From NCBI GenBank assembly GCA_964016885.1, contig OZ024748.1, positions 38,750,001 to 38,814,000 on the forward strand: DNA of 64,000 nt, given 5' to 3'. The DNA comes from Eledone cirrhosa (Eukaryota). A program made the position numbers and the translations under genes. Below are positions 55,443 to 64,000 of the stretch, one piece after another; positions within the stretch are counted from its first letter, which is position 1; every line of letters begins with the position of its first letter. The notes beneath the pieces were generated by a model. It ran no database searches. It was not told the DNA's origin and saw only the letters and a program-made list of their open reading frames with translations.

Positions 55443-55639
55443 GGTGGTGGTGGTGGTGGTGGGGGTAGCAGCAGCAGCAGTAGCAGCAGTAGTAGTAGTA
55501 GTAGTAGTAGTAGCAGCTGGGGTGGGGTGTCCATGTCTGTTTTGGGAGGTTTTCGATCTTTTCTTTTTTTTATCTTTTGTTTCGCTTACTTTGTTTTTTT
55601 TTATTTATTGACTCTATAAAAAACCACAGAGGGTATATA

Positions 55640-56640
55640 AACACACACTCACTCACACACACACACTCACACACACACTCACAGCCTCAGACACATACAT
55701 TCACAGACACACTCACACACTAACTCACACTGAGACACATACACACTCACAGCCTCAGACACATACATTCACAGACACACTCACACACTAACTCACACTG
55801 AGACACACACACACTCACAGCCTCAGACACATACATTCACACAGACACACTCACACACTAACTGACACTGAGACATATACACACTCACATACACACTCAC
55901 AGCCTCAGACACATACATTCACACAGACACACTCACACACACACTCACAGCCTCAGACACATACATTCACACATACACACTCACACACTAACTCACACTG
56001 AGACACACACACACTCACAGCCTCAGACACATACATTCACACAGACACACTCACACACACACTCACAGCCTCAGACACACACATTCACACAGACACACTC
56101 ACACACTAACTCACACTGAGACACATACACACTCACACACACACTCACAGCCCAGACACATACATTCACACAGACACACTCACACACACACTCACAGCCT
56201 CAGACACATACATTCACACAGACACACTCACACACACACTCACACTGAGACACACACACACTCACAGCCTCAGACACATACATTCACACAGACACTCACA
56301 CACACACTCACAGCCTCAGACACATACATTCACACACACACTCACAGCCTCAGACACATACATTCACACATACACACTCACACACTAACTCACACTGAGA
56401 CACACACACACTCACAGCCTCAGACACATACATTCACACAGACACACTCACACACTAAGACACATACACACTCACATACACACTCACAGCCTCAGACACA
56501 TACATTCACACAGACACACTCACACACACACTCACAGCCTCAGACACATACATTCACACACACACTCATACACTAACTGACACTAAGACACATACACACT
56601 CACATACACACACACAGCCTCAGACACATACATTCACACA
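55640..56640. repeat. CA-rich minisatellite CACTCACAGCCTCAGACACATACATTCACACAGA
   Basis: About 18 variant units. Confidence 0.92.
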
Positions 56641-56784
56641 TATATTTGACACAGAACTGTTCTACGGTGCTTTTTTAACTGTCCCCACCGCCATACCACA
56701 CTCTCACTTTCCTTCTCCTACCACTACTACTAGTAGTAGTAGTAGCAGTAGTAGTAGTAGTAGTAGTAATAGTACTAGTACTAT

Positions 56785-56843
<59 letters not shown>

Positions 56844-57061
56844 TCCTTCACCACCATCGTCTTCGTCATAGCCAACATCACCAACTAATATAGCGACATA
56901 CCAACAAAACTAGGCGTCTGTCAACACACCAGAAGACATTCTATCTCTAGTCAATATATATATAGAGAGAGAGAGAGTGAGAGAGACAGAGAGTGAGAGA
57001 GAGAGAGAGAGACAGACAGAGAGAGACAGAGAGCCAGAGAGAGAGAGAGAGAACGAGAGAG

Positions 57062-57225
57062 AGAAATGGCTTCTACAGGACAAGAAATGTTTCATTCGAA
57101 TGAAACAGTTCTAGTCCTGTAGAAGCCATTTCAATATTAAACTTGATGTTTACACTCTACTAATGTATTGAGTACCTTACTAACTGTGGTTACCCCCAGT
57201 TGAACCCAGTTGAACCCAGTTGAAC
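57062..57225. mobile_element. Hairpin-plus-tail fragment
   Basis: GAAATGGCTTCTACAGGAC..TTTCATTC|GAATGAAA..GTCCTGTAGAAGCCATTTC plus tail. Confidence 0.75.
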
Positions 57226-57265
57226 ACACACACACACAAATATATATATATAATTTAATATAATA

Positions 57266-57643
57266 ATTGTTTCTACTCTTGGCACAAGGCCAGCAATTAT
57301 CCCAGTGCATTACTGGTACTTTATTTTATCCACCCCGTAAGGATGAAAGGCAAAGTTAACCTCGACGGGATTTGAACTCAGTCTGCAAAGGGCCGTAACT
57401 CTATGCGTCAAAGCATGGCACCCGTCCCTCTACCTATACTGCCAATCCACCGACCCTATAATAATTGTTTCTACTTTTGGCACAAGGCCAGCAATTATCT
57501 CAGTGCATTACTGGTACTTTATTTTATCGACCCCGTAAGAATGAAAGGCAAAGTTAACCTCGGCGGAATTTGAACTCAGACTGTAAAGGGACGTAACTAT
57601 GCTAGAAAGCATGGCGTCCAACCCTCTACCGATACTGCCAATC
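57266..57643 (-). mobile_element. Two tandem SINE family 1 copies
   Basis: Two colinear units separated by TATAATAA. Confidence 0.9.
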
Positions 57644-57666
57644 CTATAATAATGAGAGACAAACAG

Positions 57667-57698
<32 letters not shown>

Positions 57699-57725
57699 AC
57701 GCACACGCACACGCACACGCACACG

Positions 57726-57767
<42 letters not shown>

Positions 57768-57770
<3 letters not shown>

Positions 57771-57845
57771 TGCCTTGGCTGACGAACGAATGAGGACGTT
57801 TCTTATATTCGTCTTATTCGGGAAACCTCTGGTAATGGGGTAATT
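57768..57845 (+). ncRNA. Type I hammerhead in a ~100-bp island between (TA)n tracts
   Basis: AATTGCCTTGG-CTGACGA-ACGAATGAGGACG..CGTCTTATTCGG-GAAACC-TCT-GGTA-ATGGGGTAATT. Confidence 0.75.
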
Positions 57846-57869
57846 ATATTGCATTGCTTATTATACATT

Positions 57870-57901
<32 letters not shown>

Positions 57902-57940
57902 ATATTTAATAAATGGAAACTATATTTATAAAACCATATT

Positions 57941-57987
57941 TATTCTATTATATATATTTCAAGGGTACGCTTTGATCAGATAAAATA
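57941..57987 (-). ncRNA. Degenerate minimal hammerhead at the PLE-2 3' end
   Basis: Minus strand TATTTTAT-CTGATCA-AAGCGTACCCTT-GAAA-TATATA-TA-ATAGAATA; G8 changed to C. Confidence 0.65.
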
Positions 57988-59199
57988 CAAAGTTTGTTTT
58001 ATAATTTTTGACATAGCCAAGAAAAGATACCTTAACGGTTCGAGTTTTTCTTGGATAGTGAAGGAAAAGAGAAGAAAAGTCAGATATTTCAAATTATTAA
58101 GATGAGTATGCAAATGAGGTTGAGGTATAGGGCTGAAAAAACGTTATTTTAGACGCTATGCAGAATTTAAATAATTAGGATATATATATGTATGAATAGG
58201 AAGAAGAAAAAAGAAAGAAGAGTTTGTATTTACGTTAATTTAAAAGGAATTAACAATTTGCGGAATGGTGGAATATGATTCCAGAATTTAAATTTATTTA
58301 GCTATATTATGAGTTATAATATTGTATATATAATCAATTAGATTATATGATGAATTATGGTTGTAAGTAGATTTTATCTTATTACATTACAATCGGCTGA
58401 TAAGTATATAAATATCTATATAGATTAATAATTGTGCATGTATAAGTATTATAGAAATAGAAATAAGTTACAATTATTAGTTGTTTACATTACTAATATG
58501 AGTTACAAAGGATGTTGATTTTGCATTTTACATAAAAAAAAAACACGTGGTTCAAGTTGTAAGAGGAAAACAATTTGTAGATTCAAATATTTTGTTCCAA
58601 CATTGAAAATGTTTTCAGAATATTGTTAATTTAGCGAAGTTATATAGTTAATCCTACATATTATATTATAATATAATGTTTATGTTTGCACGATTGAAAA
58701 GGGAAAGATAACTCCAATCTTGTTTGTTAACCGTTAAATTTGATGAATGATTTAATGAGAAAATATATAGAGAAAATTATATATTATTTTGTGTGAGATT
58801 AATTTCAATTATATATTATTTTAGTCGAAAGATGTGTGAAAGTTTGAAGATCAAAAGAAGAGGAAAAAAGTAATGTGCATTTCGAAGAACTATCGTAAAG
58901 AGGATACATTTTCAGAATGTCAATTAAAGATTATCAATCTACATCTAAAAAAATATATTTAGAGGGGTATCATTAGGAAAATAATGTCAAAAGGTAAAAA
59001 AGAGTAAAAAAATATATTAAAAAATTCAAAAATTAATGTCAAATGGTAAAAATAGTAGAAATATTTTTAAAAAGTAGAAATATAAAAAAAATTAAGAAGG
59101 AAGATCATTTAAAATTTTTAAAGAAAATAGGATCATTTTGAAGGTGTATAAGATATAGTCAAGTGTAATGAATATCATAAATTAAAAATACTTCTAAAA

Positions 59200-59612
59200 G
59201 TGGAATTTTGGCGATGTCTGCAATTAGAAAATAATTCTGTTTTAAGATTAATAGAGTTTTGACAGTTAATTATATAAAAAAATGTCCTCGATATACAAGT
59301 TACAGAATCTTGAGAAAGCCATATTTCGGTATGCAGGTGCTTTCGAAATCGTTCCCCAAGATATTGAATAGTCTATATTGTTGTCTTTTAAGTTCCAAAC
59401 TAAATGTGAAAGTGAAGTGGAAGATTTTTTATCTGTTCTATTAAATGCGTGTTTATGATTATACCAGCGTTCTTTGAATTTTGTAGAAGTGGCACCAATA
59501 TAGTTAAATACTTTGTCTCTAGTTTTAACTGTGCATTTATAAATTACGTTTTTATCTAAGCAATTATTTTGTAAAGGGCAGTTTGATTTAATTCTACAGT
59601 TACATTTTCTGG
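59200..59612 (-). pseudogene. GIY-YIG endonuclease remnant
   Basis: RKCNCRIKSNCPLQNNCLDKNVIYKCTVKTRDKVFNYIGATSTKFKERWYNHKHAF..SSTSLSHLVWNL (manual translation). Confidence 0.88.
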
Positions 59613-59772
59613 AGTTGTTGTTGTTCGGTACTATTATTCTGAATATTGTTGTTAGAAATATTATTATTGCTATCTTGGTTATTTTGGTTACGGTTTAAAT
59701 TTAAGTTTCTATTATTAATTCTATTTATATTTTCAGGTTAATCTTCGGTATTCTAGGTATAAAGGGTTCGGT

Positions 59773-59851
<79 letters not shown>

Positions 59852-60454
59852 TGTATTTATGAAAGAATGAGTCCTTGATAATCTACAATTACATTAAGAA
59901 CGATTCTTTCGTAAGTGTGTGTACGTACGTGTGTCTTTGTGTGTGTCTATGTGTGTGTGTGTGTGTTATTGCAGATCGTATTGAATAATGTAGGTGGTAG
60001 TTCGGGTAGGAGGTCGACATTTATTTCCATAACAACCAAACCCAAGAGCATTCCACACACACACACGCGCGCGCGCGCTATATGACCTTCACCTTTTCTT
60101 CAAAACATTTGAACTTTGAAACTCGAACTTGTCTTTTAAACTCTATATCTCTCACCATATCACACCCAACACCAAAAATACTTTAATCAGGTTTTCTATT
60201 ATTCTTGGAATCCTCTAAATTCCATTTGGGCTAATTATCATTCCTTATATAGACTCACACACCACACACACATACTAATACACATACACACAAACTAAAA
60301 CACATACATACACACTAACACACTTATAGAACACATTCACACACCATGCATCTTTCCTTCATTGTCCTCAGTGATTATAAATACTAACATAACATGTGAA
60401 ATATACAGACATTGGAAATTGTAAAACATTTCCTTTCCTTTTTAGCTTCTCTCT

Positions 60455-60627
60455 CTTACCAGCTTCACATTGTTTAACTGTGAAAGTAAAGCCTCTCTGT
60501 TACTAGCTTCACATTACATTAACTGTGAAAGTAAAGCTTCTCTCTTACCAGCTTCACATTACATTGTTTAACTGTGAAAGTAAAGTCTCGCTGTTACCAG
60601 CTTCACATTGTTTAACTGTGAAAGTAA
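60455..60627. repeat. Four ~42-52-bp tandem units CCAGCTTCACATTGTTTAACTGTGAAAGTAA
   Basis: Direct reading. Confidence 0.85.
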
Positions 60628-61589
60628 TAAGTCTGCTCCAATAATATTTCCAAAGAACGTAGAAGTTATTATACCTCAATCAATGTTTTGAGTAGCAACT
60701 AGAATGTGTCTGCATGCAATTCTTTTCAAATTACATCGTATCTTTTACAGATGTTTTACAAGGTTTATTTTAAGGAAATGTTGCCATAAGCCAGCCTTTG
60801 ATATTCGTTGAGCCTGAGAAACATTTGTAATGGCTATTTTTATCATTTTGTGACGGTTTAAGTCTTTAAAACTCATTCATCATGAAAGCCCATCTAGTAT
60901 TTGATACAAAATTAAACTTACGACAGAAAATGTGATTTAGGATAACACAGACAGAGGATCAACTTCCGTTAAAATAATGGCTGACGTTTTAAACTTCCTG
61001 TTTTATCTGGTCAGTTGTTTAACGTTAGCAGTATAGGTTACACTAATATTAATTAATGGCCGATTGACAAGATCCCAGACCTCATTGGCTGAACAAGTGG
61101 GGTGGAGCTCGTCAAATCGGATCATAGTTCCAACTCCACTGTCCAACAATAGGACAGCCTGCTCATGAAATCCGTGAAATTTTTTTCAGTGTCTTTCTCT
61201 TCTTACCCACGTGTATCTATTTCTTTTATCTCCTTCTGTCTTCTGATGTAGGACTAATATCGGAGACGTTCAGACTCTGTTATATTTAGCGTTAAACTAA
61301 TATATATATATATATATACAATCATTGTGTTACATTGTTCTCTTGTGTTGTTTCTCCTCGTTGACTTTCCACATATATGTTATCTAAGTAAATAGTCTCA
61401 ATCACCAATATCGATAATTGCTGATTGATACTGATTACTTAAACAATTGGTGATTGATACTAATTATTTAGATCGATGGCTTGATTACTACTTTGGGTTT
61501 TATGAAACAGATTTGTGTAAGGAAATATTTAAGCAAATATATTTACATACTATTTGTTTCTCAATTGATATACACACACACACACACAT

Positions 61590-61671
<82 letters not shown>

Positions 61672-61768
61672 ATAATAATAAATTTGAAGACTAGATTGAC
61701 ATTTATAGTTTCAGAAGATCCCGTTAAGGGTGAAAGCAGCGATTCTTTGCTTAAATTTTAATCTGTTA

Positions 61769-61825
<57 letters not shown>

Positions 61826-61937
61826 CTTTTATATATATGTCGTTTAAACTTGTATAATTGATGGACCTTTTTTATCGAGAAATATAATCGATATATATAA
61901 ATATAGTGTAGCTATGCTTGAAGCTAAATCCTATTTC

Positions 61938-61987
<50 letters not shown>

Positions 61988-62160
61988 CTGTGTGTCTATG
62001 ATTAAACATCAATGCTATGTATTAAAGTACATATACATCTGTAACACGTGTCTCTACATGTTCACTCTTCATGTGTAAATATATATATAAACAGTTTAGG
62101 ATCAAATATATTGTAACATTTTATTTACATATCAATTTTACTCTGTACACACATACTCTT

Positions 62161-62210
<50 letters not shown>

Positions 62211-62361
62211 GCACACATAGAAACACACACATACACACGCACACAGACACACGTGCATGTGTTTACATATACATGCAAATATATATTTGTGTAAAAATAC
62301 AAATAATGTATGTGTGTATGTACTGACGCCTGTGTGAGTATGTACCTATGTTTATCGACCG

Positions 62362-62402
<41 letters not shown>

Positions 62403-62660
62403 TGTGTGCGTGTGTGTGTGTGTGCGTGTGTGTGTGTGTGTGTGTGTGCAATTGTAGGTGAGTGTGTATGTCTGTGTGTGTGTGTCAGTTTGTTTATGTG
62501 TGTAGTATGTGTGTTGTAGGTAAGGTGTGTATGTGTGTGGTGTAGGTAAGGTGTGTATGTGAGTCTCTATGTATGTGTGTAGACTGTAAAATATTTTCAC
62601 AACAGAACTAGACAGGGGTGAATCAATAGAGGAGGACATGGAATACTGTTGCTTAGTGAA

Positions 62661-63480
62661 ACAACAGCAACAACAACAATGGCAACACAACAGCAACAAT
62701 GGCAACAATGGCAACAACAACAGCAACAACAACAGCAACAATGGCAACAACAACAGCAACAACAATAACAACAACAACAGCAACAATGGCAACAACAACA
62801 TCAACAACAATAGCAACAATGGCAACAACAACATCAACAACAATAGCAACAATGGCAACAACAACATCAACAACAATAGCAATAACAACAACAGCAACAA
62901 TGGCAACAACAACAGCAACAACAATAGCAACAACAACAGCAACAATGGCAACAACAACAGCAACAACAACAGCAACAATGGCAACAATAACAGCAACAAC
63001 AACGGCAACAACAACAGCAACAACAACAGCAACAACAACAGCAACAATGGCAACAATAACAGCAACAACAATGGCAACAACAACAACAACAACAGCAACA
63101 ACAATAGGAATAACAACAGCAACTGTAACATCTACAACAACAAACTGAATGTTTATACATCAGAAAAAAAGGGATTACACCAACAACAACAGCAATGACG
63201 CCATTACAACAACAACAAAGACAACACTAGCAACAACAACAACAACAGTAATGACGCCATTACAACAACAATAACAACAACAACAGCAATGTCGCCATTA
63301 CAACAGCATTACAACAACAACATCAGCAATGACGCCATTACAACAACATTATAACAAGAGCAATGACGCCATTACAACAACATTATAACAAGAGCAATGA
63401 CGCCATTACAACAACATTACAACAACAGCAATGTCGCCATTACAACAACATTATAACAACAACAACAACAATATCAGCAA
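62661..63480. repeat. (CAA)n-based low complexity with GCAATGACGCCATTAC subrepeats
   Basis: Direct reading. Confidence 0.92.
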
Positions 63481-64000
63481 TAATTACTAAAACAACAAGA
63501 AAAACAACTGCAAAATTACGAGAACATTTACAATAACAAAGACAGCAACATGTTCTTGTACAGCAATAACATGTAGAAACATAATTACTTCAGTTGATGG
63601 GGGTGGTGGTGGTGTAGTGGTGATGGTGGTGGTGTGGTGTGGTGGTGGTGGTTGTGGTGGTGGTGGTGGTGATTGAAGGGGTGTGTGTGAGAGGATGGTG
63701 GGCGAGTGGTGGAGTAGTGGGGTGAGGGTGTAGTATTACGTAAAATGAACGCCGCTGTAACAACAGGTGTATAGTGTTAAGAGGTAGTAGTGATGGTAGT
63801 GGTGGTGAGGGTGGGGGACTGTGATGGTGGTGGTGGCTTTGTTGTTATTGGTGGTGGGGGAGAGGGGCGATTTTGATGGTGGGGGACGGGGTTGTTATTA
63901 ATAGTGGTGGTGGTAGTGTGGAGGTGGGCGGTGTTGTTATTATTAGTGGTGGTGGTAGTGTGGAGGGACGGGGTTGTTATTATTAGTGGTGGTGATGGTA

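Larger units (their letters stand above)
57897..59775 (-). mobile_element. Penelope-like element 3' remnant (PLE-2)
   Basis: GIY-YIG remnant, ~1.2-kb AT-rich 3' region, terminal HHR-like motif, (TA)n flanks. Confidence 0.85.

Noticed and set aside
62638-63198. Asn/Gln-rich 186-aa ORF
   Set aside because: Pure (CAA)n-type repeat, open in several frames and on both strands; no supported exon context

Overview
Repeat-dominated eukaryotic DNA. The microsatellite load, SINE families and RTE tail suggest an octopus/cephalopod (inference). No host gene can be supported with confidence, and nearly all listed ORFs are microsatellite artefacts. Real content: (1) A full-length, nearly intact Tx1/L1-clade LINE (13152-18862) plus six truncated relatives, all inserted in (TATC)n/(GATA)n. 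(2) A 310-bp x ~4.9 tandem array in which each unit carries a type I hammerhead ribozyme (HHR) on the minus strand, i.e. a retrozyme-like candidate circRNA generator. (3) Two Penelope-like (PLE) GIY-YIG remnants that end in degenerate HHRs, plus about ten further HHR or HHR-like motifs and many hairpin-plus-tail insertions in (TA)n tracts. (4) Non-autonomous Helitrons, tRNA-derived SINEs, RTE, CRE-like and Tc1/mariner remnants, and several minisatellites. Boundaries were read by eye and are approximate to a few bp unless a motif is quoted.
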